This document shows, in pieces, positions 1 through 10,440 of a stretch of 64,000 nt of DNA; the stretch's first letter is position 1; every line of letters starts with the position of its first letter. The translations under genes and the position numbers were made by a program. The stretch comes from Catajapyx aquilonaris (Eukaryota): the NCBI GenBank assembly GCA_000934665.2, contig KZ538201.1:1-64000 (forward strand). The letters are read 5' to 3'. Below the pieces are notes generated by a model, which was given only the letters and a program-made list of their open reading frames with translations, did no database searches and had not been told where the DNA came from.

Positions 1-332
1 AGGACGTGTCCCACCAGTCGGGACACAGACTCGTCCTCCTCCGAATCCTTGTCCAGGCTAATGTTATTGCCCAACACTATTCTCACAATCAGCACCACCA
101 ACACCAGGACACGTCCAGACAACTCCATGTCTGCTGGCTCACATTGATATTCCAGGCCACTTGGTTCCACGCATACTTGGTGTCGTCGGCCGCGCAGTCT
201 CCTTATCGAAAGCCTCCTTATTAATGGAAACATCCTGACCTTATCTGACTGAAGAGGACAATATGCACAATGCCACGTAAGTGGGCGTAAGTGGTGGTAT
301 TTCCAATTATTCTTGCCATTTATTCCACTATA

Positions 333-454
333 GGTGGAGACGTTCGCGTTTTCGTGGCCCCTTAGCCTGATATCTACCTAAGCTTAGGTAGATATCATGC
401 TAAGCTTAGGTTGATATCAGGCTAAGTGACCACGAAAACGCGAACGTCTCCACC
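333..454. repeat. Near-perfect palindrome/fold-back element with a nested 30-bp perfect palindrome
   Basis: Left arm ggtggagacgttcgcgttttcgtggccccttagcctgatatc matches the reverse complement of right arm gatatcaggctaagtgaccacgaaaacgcgaacgtctccacc with few mismatches. Internal perfect palindrome tgatatctacctaagcttaggtagatatca at 368-397. Confidence 0.85.
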
Positions 455-589
455 GAGTGGAGTAAATGTCCATTTGGCGTGCCATATGGTCGTGTCCAAT
501 AATATTGCTGACAAACAGAGGGGTTTGCACACCTGTATCATTTGATGGTGTCACAGTAACTAGACCAGATGCTGACACTGAGGGAGAAT

Positions 590-927
590 AATTATAATCC
601 GTGGTAGTGCTTGACCTCATCTGAGGTATGCAGTACGGGCTCTTATTTATTACATCAAGTACATTTGAGCCTTTTTTACGTAGCGCCCGGGCCCACGGGC
701 AGGATGACAGGAGGGGGATGTGAAAGGTGCAGTGCAATGTCGTATCCGTGGCCATTTTTAGTGAACTCCCCCGGGTGGTTTAGTTTGTTGGAATTACCAC
801 CCGAGACGAAGCCAGAGGTGACCCTGAACTCTGCACGAGATGAAGGTGGTGTCCCCGGGCTGGGATCGAACCCGGGACCTTAACATCCGTGGGCGCATAC
901 GTTACCGCAGCACCACTCCGCCTCCCC
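590..927 (-). mobile_element. tRNA-derived SINE with 13-bp target-site duplication
   Basis: Minus-strand head GGGGAGGCGGAGTGGTGCTGCGGTAACG...GGTCCCGGGTTCGATCCCAG carries Pol III A-box-like (TGGTGCTGCGG) and B-box (GGTTCGATCCC) motifs but no clean cloverleaf. Flanked by the direct repeat actgagggagaat at 577-589 and 928-940. Confidence 0.8.
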
Positions 928-1854
928 ACTGAGGGAGAATGCATCAGCCCCATCATACATTGTTGGATCTCTTTCTATTGTATTTTCCCGACTGTCCTTT
1001 TCCTCCACCTTGCCTGGAAGTGTGCCTTTGTTTATTTCGTGTTTGGAATCGTACAACGGAATTGTTACTGACTGTCGAGTTGGTCAACAATATACAATAT
1101 CGACACCTTCGCGGCACGTGCAGTATACAGTACAAAGAGACTTGTCTCGTTCATAAACGTACGGTGCTATAGGCTACTGTAAATCAAAGGTGTCTCGCAC
1201 ATGGTCCCATCGATTGTGGTGTACTTAAATTCCTGGAAATGATTCGGTACGTGATACTACTCTGACGTGCTAGTATTAGCTAGAAGGGGCCCGTCACGTG
1301 GAACTAGAATTTCTATATGAATGTTATGGCGCTTTTCAATTGGCATTTGTAAACAATATAATTATGTCACCGTAAACTGAAGACTTGAACCATGAGACAT
1401 GACTCAGCATCAACCCGAAATTAGCTGACGTCAGGAGAGTTTGACCTTTTTGATGCGTCTCAAACGCGTCCAATTCTTATAGAGGCTCGGTTAGATGCAC
1501 ATGTCACGGTATGATTTTCGCATAGGAAATCTTCAATTCCATGTACAGTATGTTCTATTGTAACGAGGAAGCATATGAGGTACCATAGGTGGAAGCACAT
1601 GAGGATGACTAATGGAGTGATGGACTCAAGTCACAAGAGAAGGGCAAATATAGAAGCCTCACATGAGAGATATAACACATGTGGCGGAAAGGATCACAAG
1701 ATGCCCACATATACCGACGGTCAAGGGCGGCGGAAGATAGAGAAGCGTATAAAAGAGAGCAGCCGGCAGAGAAAAGAGAGAAGCAACCGGCCAGAGGACG
1801 AAGAGGAAGCCGCCAGCCGAAGAGGGGGCAGTCGGCCAGAGGAAGAGCTCGGCA

Positions 1855-2010
1855 GAGAGAGAGACGGCCTGAAGACAGAAGACGACCAGAGAGAGAGAGA
1901 CGGCCTGAAGACAGAAGACGACCAGAGAGAGAGAGACGGCCTGAAGACAGAAGACGACCAGAGAGAGAGAGACGGCCTGAAGACAGAAGACGACCAGAGA
2001 GTGAGAGAGA
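1855..2010. repeat. Purine-rich minisatellite, 36-bp unit x about 4
   Basis: Repeated gagagagagacggcctgaagacagaagacgaccaga; explains the repetitive ORFs at 1575-2066. Confidence 0.9.
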
Positions 2011-2965
2011 GAGTGAGTAGAGGTGGAAGTGGGGTGTCACATATTGAGAATTTCAGACATAATTAGGCGTCCTGATTAGGCCCAGAGTATTGAGTCACGA
2101 CTGTAGCTTGTTATAATCTATTTGCATATTAAAAGACATTATCGAGTGCCTACCTATTTGATTACTGGTAACCGAAAGTGCCCCTAACCCGCTGGGTCCG
2201 GCACCTGACCTACGCACCCCATCCCCAACCCCTTGTCCCCATCCCCAACCTCTTCTCCCCATCCCCCTTCCCATTCCTACACCTATATCGCCCCAAATTA
2301 CCGTTACACTATCCTTCGACCATAAATTAGCGAATATATCGTCTATAAGGTTCTTTCCTGCGATCAAAGTTGCCATGTAGGATTCTATGCGTGACAGGTG
2401 ATAACAGGTGTGCATGTGAGCAATGACTTCAAAGGGCCTTCTATGACTTCAAAGAGCAATAATATATTCATATACACCAGACTGCAGGATTAGGTGAAGC
2501 TCGGATGTACTTCTGGTCTCTAATAAAAATAAAAATAAATCAATAGAGCAATACAATCATGAAGAATTCTTTTATTGATAGTGTCAGGAATATTGTACAC
2601 CACATAATTATTAGATGTTACATACAATTTACACCTTATTCATGACTTGTTAACTTTGTGATGGAAGCTATGTTGAATGTTTTAAATAAACAGTGTTTAA
2701 TCAAAATTGTGGACCAGTGCAATAAATTGTACAGTGGGGAAAATTCCATGAGAAAGCAGCCATGAATTATTTCAGTAATGTTGTACAATATAGAACTCCA
2801 CATGTGCGACCTTGTCATACTTTCACTTTTGTGCTGATATCAATAGATCCTAATAAGTAATGTAGACACTTAAAAAATCCAAATAAGTGACAATTGAAAA
2901 CATTTCTCTCTACTTAATGTGTTTACACATCATAATTATGTGCAACTTTATTTGGGCTTTAATGT

Positions 2966-4864
2966 CTACATCATGATCCGGCTACATTGTCTGCATCTGC
3001 ATGGTCTACATGTTGTCAGATTCAAACGTTTCCCACATGATTTTGGAGCACGCACACAGCATAGTTCTACCAAGAACGCAATCAAAGCTGCTATGCTTCC
3101 AGTCCAGAGAATCAGGAAGATACCTTCAAAGTGTTTCCAGGTGAACCGGACATTTTCATCATCCAGTTCGTACCAATGGTGGAGCCTTTTCTGCTCAGCA
3201 GTGACAATCGACAGACGATGGTCATGAATGCTTCGTCGAAGAATGTCCAGTCCAATACTGTTGAAGACATGCGTCCAGTGGTCAATGTTCTCGGACAATA
3301 TGCTGTCCTTGAGGACAATCAGTGAACTGTGGACTGTGGCCAGTGAGTCTGAGGATGTGAATGTCTCAGCATTTCGGAATAGTGTGGCATAATAGGCAAC
3401 ATCCTTTAAGACGGAGTCAGACTCTAGAATTACGACGTCACCTGTCAGGATGTCATTAAAGCACCTCTCGATCTTGCGTTTTACGCTAATTTTTGCCAAC
3501 ATGTCGGCGTACATTTCGCGGAACTCTATGGCCGTTTCATCGAAAAACATTTTGGTTACTGGTGATGTTTCTATGGAGAAACTTGATTGAATCAGTTCTT
3601 GAAAGTCTGTAGGTATTTTTTCCACTGGAGGAAAAATCATGATGTGGAAGAGCTTGCTTTCGTAACCAGTGCAAAAAATCATGCAGAAATATATCCAAAA
3701 TGCTAGAAACATTCTGTATGAAGGAGATGTGGGTGAATGAGGGTGTTGATCGACAATGTATTTCGCCATGAATTTAAATATTTCTAGAACAGAATTAAAG
3801 GGAGTGAACATTCCTTGTCGCCTATGAAACTTAGAAATAAATGACATGTATCCAACGGCTAGCAAAAATGATGTGAAGAAGAAGGACCACGATCCAATGG
3901 TGTATGGCAATGCTAATATCAAAGGTGTTATTACAGGAAGTGGTTTACGAGCAATGAAGGTGAGTCTGAAGGCATCATGAGGTGTGGCACAATCAAACAG
4001 TTGGTAAATCAAGTCTAGTAAAGGAACCTTTGGTATGAAGGCCAATTTTCCTGATTGGAAATCTTCCATCAGTTCAAGGGCTCTGCCGGCGTCGGAAAGG
4101 ATGGCGTCGAAATCTATCTCTTGCATCCGCCAGTGAAAATTCATAGCCATACCCAAGAAGCACACGTGGTATTCGGCGCCATTCAATGAGTTGCACTTTT
4201 GGTCGCTATTATTCCACATGTAGACACCTTCCAGACGTTTTCCATGTAAGTCCTTCGCAGTGTCTCTGAACAAGGCTGAGCCAGACACTGATTCGATCTG
4301 TGGTTCTCCTTGTTCGCAGAAGAAGCACACCGAGTGTGCCTTGAGAGCACCGTCTCCTCCTGCACTCAGCGACACCTTGTACTTGAACTGCGAGGCCGGT
4401 TTGTCCATCATGAAATCCGGATGAGTCGAGTCCCGTATCCAGAACACGAACCGGTCCTTTGTCTTCCTCACTCCGAGCATCCCTTCGTCCGGGTCCAAAA
4501 TGATGTCCATCACGTCCTCGTAGGTGTCCTGGCATGTCACAACCATGTGCACCAGACACTTGGATGCGCGGTATGGCTCTCTGAACACGGCCGCATTGTC
4601 TCTTGATGTCGGCTGGCAATCCCAGGTGCTCTGAGAACTTGCCCTGATGACCAGGGGTCGTCCAGCAGATGACATGTTGGACAGGAGTGTGTCCAGACTA
4701 TGAGGGATTGGTCCGTCCCAATCGTGGGTGATGGCCAGTGGACACTCCATGTCCATGACGAGGTCACTTTGCAGAATATTGTTGACAAACTGAGGGATCT
4801 GTTCGTCTCCAAGTAGACCCGATGCAATGCTTACAATGGAGAAAACAGTCACTGCTCGCGCCAT
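2966..4864 (-). CDS. Divergent ionotropic receptor (IR, variant iGluR family chemoreceptor), single exon, about 632 aa
   Basis: Long intronless ORF; first ATG at 4864 begins a signal-peptide-like segment (MARAVTVFSIVSIASGLLG). IR-type layout: S1 lobe ending ...FDCATPH...LTFIARKP, TM1 after PYTIGSW, SPSYRMFLAFWIYFCMIFCTGYESKL..PPVEKIPTDFQEL, and terminal FTWKHFEGIFLILWTGSIAALIAFLVEL helix. Confidence 0.85.
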   Translation of the reverse strand: MARAVTVFSIVSIASGLLGDEQIPQFVNNILQSDLVMDMECPLAITHDWDGPIPHSLDTLLSNMSSAGRPLVIRASSQSTWDCQPTSRDNAAVFREPYRASKCLVHMVVTCQDTYEDVMDIILDPDEGMLGVRKTKDRFVFWIRDSTHPDFMMDKPASQFKYKVSLSAGGDGALKAHSVCFFCEQGEPQIESVSGSALFRDTAKDLHGKRLEGVYMWNNSDQKCNSLNGAEYHVCFLGMAMNFHWRMQEIDFDAILSDAGRALELMEDFQSGKLAFIPKVPLLDLIYQLFDCATPHDAFRLTFIARKPLPVITPLILALPYTIGSWSFFFTSFLLAVGYMSFISKFHRRQGMFTPFNSVLEIFKFMAKYIVDQHPHSPTSPSYRMFLAFWIYFCMIFCTGYESKLFHIMIFPPVEKIPTDFQELIQSSFSIETSPVTKMFFDETAIEFREMYADMLAKISVKRKIERCFNDILTGDVVILESDSVLKDVAYYATLFRNAETFTSSDSLATVHSSLIVLKDSILSENIDHWTHVFNSIGLDILRRSIHDHRLSIVTAEQKRLHHWYELDDENVRFTWKHFEGIFLILWTGSIAALIAFLVELCCVRAPKSCGKRLNLTTCRPCRCRQCSRIMM

Positions 4865-5689
4865 TTTCAATAATATTATTGGATCTCTTCTGTATAGTGT
4901 TTCCCCAACTGTCCCTTCCGACACCTTGCGTCGTTGTGTTGCAGTACAACAGAATTGTTAATTACTGTGTAGCCGGTCATTAATATTATGCAGAAACCTG
5001 TGAGGCACATGCGGTACTGTACAAAGGCATATACGATCGAAGGACTGTGGCACAAGGTCCATCGATTGCTCTCGACTGAATAGGGTGCCATGGTCAAGAT
5101 AAGCGACAATAAAGGGCCAACAATGCAGAAAGTGCGAGAGAGATTCTATGCGTGTGTTTATTACAAAATGTGGTTTGTACTGTGACCATATTTGACTTAT
5201 TAAAATGAGCCGGTCAATGCCAACAGGTCAGATGCTCAGATCCGCTCGGTTCGTCCTGAAGTGCGATGGTGAGCAGGTCCTCTTCGTTACATCGGTGTCA
5301 AACAGTGTTAAAAGTGTGGCCCTAACGTATTGTTACATCTGTGTCAAGCACTGTCATCGTGTGGACACAACTTATCGCCAGGTAATTAGTGAACAGTGAT
5401 TAATTAGGACTCTTGAAGTGATAATGACCTTTTTCCGATTTTGGCAAAATTTAAGTATGTTGTAGTCCATACGCGGCACTGTCCGTAACAGTGTTTATCC
5501 CTACGACGTGTATAATTATAGTGCAAAACTACAGGATGCAAATCTTCCAATTTGCACTAAAATTTTTGTGTTGCGTACTAATTGGGCTGTTAACTAAACG
5601 GTTAAGGTCAAATCTGGCGTTTCATTACTAGAGTACGTCTATTTGAAACGTTTATGCTGGTCATACTCAAATCCAATTATTATTAATAT

Positions 5690-6700
5690 TCTGCCCAATA
5701 TTTTACTCATACTGATTAATTGGCCCCTATTTATTTTCAATGGCACTTAAAATGAAGTCATTATTTAAGTGAGATTCACGCAAAATCCAGTTGCCAAAAA
5801 TTAAGTCAAATTAAATGTCAGATGCGTCCAATAAAATAATGTGGTCACTATGGGACCTAAATTTTACGAATATTATTTGCGTTTAAAGAAATCATATCGT
5901 ATCTGATAACTACTTGTATAACTAGGCAGTAATAAACACCGTTGTCAATGGCTGGTTTAAAAAGATAAACTGAATTATGTGAGGCCTTCATTATTATAAG
6001 TGCTTTTGTGAGCAGAGTCGGAATTTTTATTGGCGTGTATGGATTACTTGTAAAAGAAAGTTATCCCGTAACTGAATGGTTAATTGAACATAATTATGTC
6101 GATCCAAAAATAATTTTGCAACTCGCATTTCAACAATTACTCGTTGTCATTGTGCAACAATGAGACGGCTGTTATCTTCAAACCTAATAATGGTCGGGTA
6201 ACTAGCCAAACGCCTATTTATGTCCAGTAGTTTTGACGAGAGCACCCATCGCATTGTTGCTTAATAACAATTAAGTAATTAAGTGACAGTTTAAAAATTA
6301 ATATCTGGAGAGACGATTATTTAATCGAGTCAAGGTCATCCGCACACATTGATTTTTTTTTAGATTGTTACTTCGTCAACAGTGCTTAAAAATGGTTTCT
6401 TTAAAACATAATGCCGTTTATATTTTAAAAGGCGGCATTGACACCAGTGTTATTACTACCTTATTATCAAATCGGGATTATTTTATGCGATTTAAATCAA
6501 CGCAAGTGTTCGTGACGGTCCCAATTGACTATACATTTACGGAACATGGCATTTAACATGGATTTATTATTTGGCAATTAGAAATTCTCCAGATTTTGAG
6601 TGAATCTCACCCAAGCATTGACCTTATTTTCAGTGCCATTAAAATAAATTGTAGTGGTCGATTAATGATTAATCATCAATCAAAATTTTTGGCTACATTT
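5690..6700. mobile_element. Degenerate ~1-kb fold-back/MITE-like element
   Basis: tttattttcaatggcacttaaaatgaagtca..gtgagattcacgcaaaatccag (~5730-5790) matches the reverse complement of ~6590-6650; further collinear inverted matches at ~5790-5960 versus ~6420-6580. Ends approximate. Confidence 0.6.
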
Positions 6701-7289
6701 ATTTAAAATTTTTGGACATTTTTTTTAAAAAAAAGCTGAGTTACCTTCTTGTAGATAGAGTGGAATTGCGGTTTAAAATGATGCATATATTAAATATATG
6801 ATTTGACCTGACCTTTTTGGAGTTAATGGTCCTTCAAGTGAGAACATTCGGAGGGAAAATGCGGTAAAAATGGGAGCATTTGCCACCTTATAGTTTTGCA
6901 ACCACATGTCGTACTGTGTACAGATAAAACTCCTGTTACGTAGCCTATATTTACGTGCACATGTATGTGTGTATCTCGGATTCGGAGGAAAAAGCACATC
7001 AGTAAAAGAAAAATATTTTTTTAAAAATACTCATGCTAATTTCCCATTGCATTCGAGATATTACAACATACTTAAATGTGGTCAAAGGATAGCACTTTTG
7101 ATGGGGAATGCATCTCATATTATTAGTGTCGTATGGTGTCATATAATTATTGTGTAATACAGTTGTCGCTCTTATCTCTTTTTCCAGTGCTCTGACAAAA
7201 ATATCCTGCACGACCTTTCCATACCCAAAGACACCCAATGTGATTTATTCCCACATTTCATTTGTGACGTATAGTTTTAACATAATGGC

Positions 7290-7660
7290 TAATATTTCAA
7301 GTAACTTGAGGGTAAAAAAGTTGGTAGCATCTGATCCCTGCATTTTGATAACAGCTGACTTGAATTACAACGCATTTGAGTTGCATTGATTGGATCCACA
7401 CTAATTGCATTTGGCTTAATTAATAACTGCTCTTATCTCCGTATTTAGCACTCCACCATTAAATTTCCATTGGTTAATGGTTATATTTCAGGCAACTTGA
7501 GGGTTTAAAAATTTGGTAGCATTTCTGTTCAGACTGATTCCTGCATTTTGATAACAGCTGACTTGAATTACAACGCATCTAAGGTACATTGATTGGATCG
7601 GATTAGATCCACACTAATTGATGCATTTGACTTAATAACTGTTCTTATCCCTGTATTTAT
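7290..7660. repeat. Tandem duplication of ~190 bp
   Basis: atatttca..aacttgaggg..ttggtagcat..cctgcattttgataacagctgacttgaattacaacgcat..gatccacactaattg occurs twice. Confidence 0.8.
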
Positions 7661-7832
7661 TATATTACTTATTATTATATTTTATTATATTACTTACTTA
7701 TTATTACTTACTTATTACTTACTTATTACTTATTATATTTACTTATTACTTATTTACTTATTACTTATTACTTATTATATTACTTACTTATTATTACTTA
7801 CTTATTACTTACTTATTATTTATTATATTACT
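7660..7832. repeat. TTA/CTTA low-complexity microsatellite
   Basis: Mixed ttatta/cttatta runs. Confidence 0.9.
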
Positions 7833-7971
7833 CCACTCTTCAATCTCCGTTGTCACCCTAATCTGAAACGTCGTCACGCTTAACTCTGACAACACGTTAT
7901 CGTTATACTGCACTGTGCAGGTACAGCCCCGTCGTTATCACACTACTACACTATAAAACCCAGTCGTCTTC

Positions 7972-8270
7972 GTCGTACTTGACTGTACAGAGTGTACAAC
8001 CCCTTTGTACTCATACAGGATGAATATGAGGGGGTTGTATACTATATGTACAGTCCCGTCGTACTCATACTGTACACAAATAAACACTGTCGCCCTCGTT
8101 GTACTCGACTGTACAGAGTGTACAACCCCTTTGTACTCATACATGATAAGTATGAGGGGGTTGTACACTATGTCCAGTCCCTTCGTACTCATACTGCACC
8201 ACAATGAAACACCGTCGTCCTGCGTCCTCGTCGTACTCGACTGCACATAGCGTACAACCCCTGTCGTCGC
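7972..8270. repeat. Tandem repeat of ~126-132 bp (2.3 copies), each unit containing a hairpin
   Basis: Units start at about 7972, 8098 and 8230 (gtcgtactcgactgtacagagtgtacaacccct); within a unit agtgtacaacccct..tcata pairs with tatgagggggttgtacact. Confidence 0.8.
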
Positions 8271-9224
8271 CACCTACAAAATATAGGACACTACACACAT
8301 TTGTGTCACATTCTGCAACCCAGCCACATGAGTCATCTTGGACACCATGTTGTCATCATACCCCACATAGTCATCACCGTCAACATTGACAATGAACAAT
8401 TTGGTCCTCTCCAATAGCGAGCCCGGGAGGGTGACTGCGAGAGACGGGTGATCGTCCTCCTGAGGTGACCTGAAAGATGAATTATTGATATTAACCTTTA
8501 ATACTGATCTTGTGGTTTTCAGGGTGATTCTGCAACTAAGGAGATGGTGGAAAAATCTGCACACTGAACTAACCATAACAATTACATGTTGAATGCAATA
8601 ATAGTGTGGATCCATTTATCAGGAAAATTAGAATCAATTTTGAAAGTAATTTATAACTTCCAAGGGTTATATATGCAATGTTATTCCCCATTTTCTCTCA
8701 CCCTCAATGCTTCCCTTTTGACGTAACATGACCCTGATGACCCCATTTTCCATTTCTATCACCTCCAATAATGCCCTTTGACCTAATGTGCCCTGATGAC
8801 CGAATGGGCCACCTGTGCGTGTGTGTGGTGTACGTTGGACCATCTTCATCACCGAGATGTCACTATCCAGCAGAGATGTACCACCGGCATCACGATGACC
8901 ATCGCATCAAGGAGGACCATCCATCAGCAGAAGAGCATAAAAGTTGAAAGATGACAGCAATGTGCATAACTCGTAGGGGCCGTAAAATAGTGTGTAAGGT
9001 CATGCATTAGGTCGTCAGACCATAATGCTGCAGTGCCTTTCACGCTGGAACCATATACGAGTGTGCCATTGCATGGTGTCTTATCTTTCAACTTTAAACA
9101 CGAGGTACCACATCAGCTCATCACCGTTCAGATGCCAGGAATTTTAAAGCAGTCATTTTGGCAGAAAAAAAGAGTAAAATTTGGATTAAAAATTTCTTGC
9201 GCTGAAAAAATTTTAAAATTTGAA

Positions 9225-9680
9225 ATGATTTGAAAGAAAATTGCATTGATTTTTTTGATAGCTAGGTGTCAGTTGAGTAGCAGGTCTGTGATGGTGACCG
9301 TTCACTCTGAAACTAAATTACGCATTACTTCAAATTCAATTTGCAATCAGGCTGTATAATTATTATCAATAATTTACAGTCAATTGCATAGTTTACAGTA
9401 CCTTCAATCACCAATTACTGAATTTAATATAAGTTCTTGAAACTGCTGATTCTTAATTATTCAGTTCAAGTGCTCTGAATAATTTCCTATTTATGTAATG
9501 TCAATTAAATTTAAACATTCATTAAATTCGGGTGTTTATGGTCACCATCAAAACTCGGGATGCGATGTTTGCGTTTGTTTTTTGTGTCTTTCCCAGTGCG
9601 CAAGAGGATTGGTGAGCTTTTTGAAAAATGTTTCCTCTTCTTGAGAGAGTAAAAAAATAAACTGATTTTTTTAAAATTAA
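9225..9680. repeat. Dispersed repeat, copy 1 (copy 2 at about 11350-11755)
   Basis: Shared collinear blocks: aagaaaattgcatt, gtgatggt.acc.ttcactctgaaactaa, ttcagttcaagt, tgtaatgtcaatt, caagaggattg, ttttttaaaattaacgt. Confidence 0.65.
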
Positions 9681-10009
9681 CGTACAACATCCTTCAGATG
9701 ACACACTCTCACTTTTTAAATGTAATTATTGCCAGAAATTAACTTTTGCTGCATGAAGCCCTGCTTTAAACTCTTTGAATCCGGCACTATGATGAAATCT
9801 GGCTTTTCAGTTTTGAATTGAACAATGCATTTAAAAAGTTTTGAATATATTGAACAATGCATTTAAAAAGTTTTGAATATATTGAACAATGCATTTAAAT
9901 TTTTGAACAGGCTCAGAAATGAATGTATATAGTGCCTTTAAACTTGCCTTAATTTTATTATTGCTTAAACTGATTTTCGCTCATGAGCCTGATATTTTGC
10001 ATAAATTTT

Positions 10010-10440
10010 TCAAGTGTATCTTTAACAAGTGTATTTATCTTTAACAAGTGTATTTATCTCCCCCATATTTATCTCCCCCAAGTGTATTTACCTCCCCCAA
10101 GTGTATTTACCTCCCCCAAGTGTATTTACCTCCCCCAAGTGTATTTACCTCCCCCAAGTGTATTTACCTCCCCCAAGTGTCTTTATCTTCATTATTGTAT
10201 TTTTCGTACATAAGGGTATTTTTTCGTACACAAGTGTATTTACGGTCTCGACGATATTTACTCCCTCTACGATATTTACGCTCTCTACGATATTTACGCT
10301 CTCTAAGGTATTTACGCTCTCTAAGGTATTTACGCTCTCTAAGGTATTTACGCTCTCTAAGGTATTTATACGCTCTCTAAGGTATTTATACGCTCTCTAT
10401 GGTATTTATACGCTCTCTAAGGTATTTACTGCCTCGAAGG
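10010..10440. repeat. Compound minisatellite (19-bp aagtgtatttacctccccc, then 18-20-bp ggtatttacgctctctaa units)
   Basis: Directly visible arrays sharing a gtatttac core. Confidence 0.9.

Noticed and set aside
845..927. Possible tRNA gene
   Set aside because: Acceptor and anticodon stems do not pair properly; it is the head of a TSD-flanked SINE.
1575..2066. 163-aa ORF with ERDGLKTEDDQR repeats and overlapping ORFs
   Set aside because: Open in several frames only because of the 36-bp purine-rich minisatellite; no recognisable domain.
4846..4924. GTG start for the IR ORF at 4924
   Set aside because: Eukaryotic gene; the ATG at 4864 followed by a hydrophobic signal-like segment is the more plausible start.
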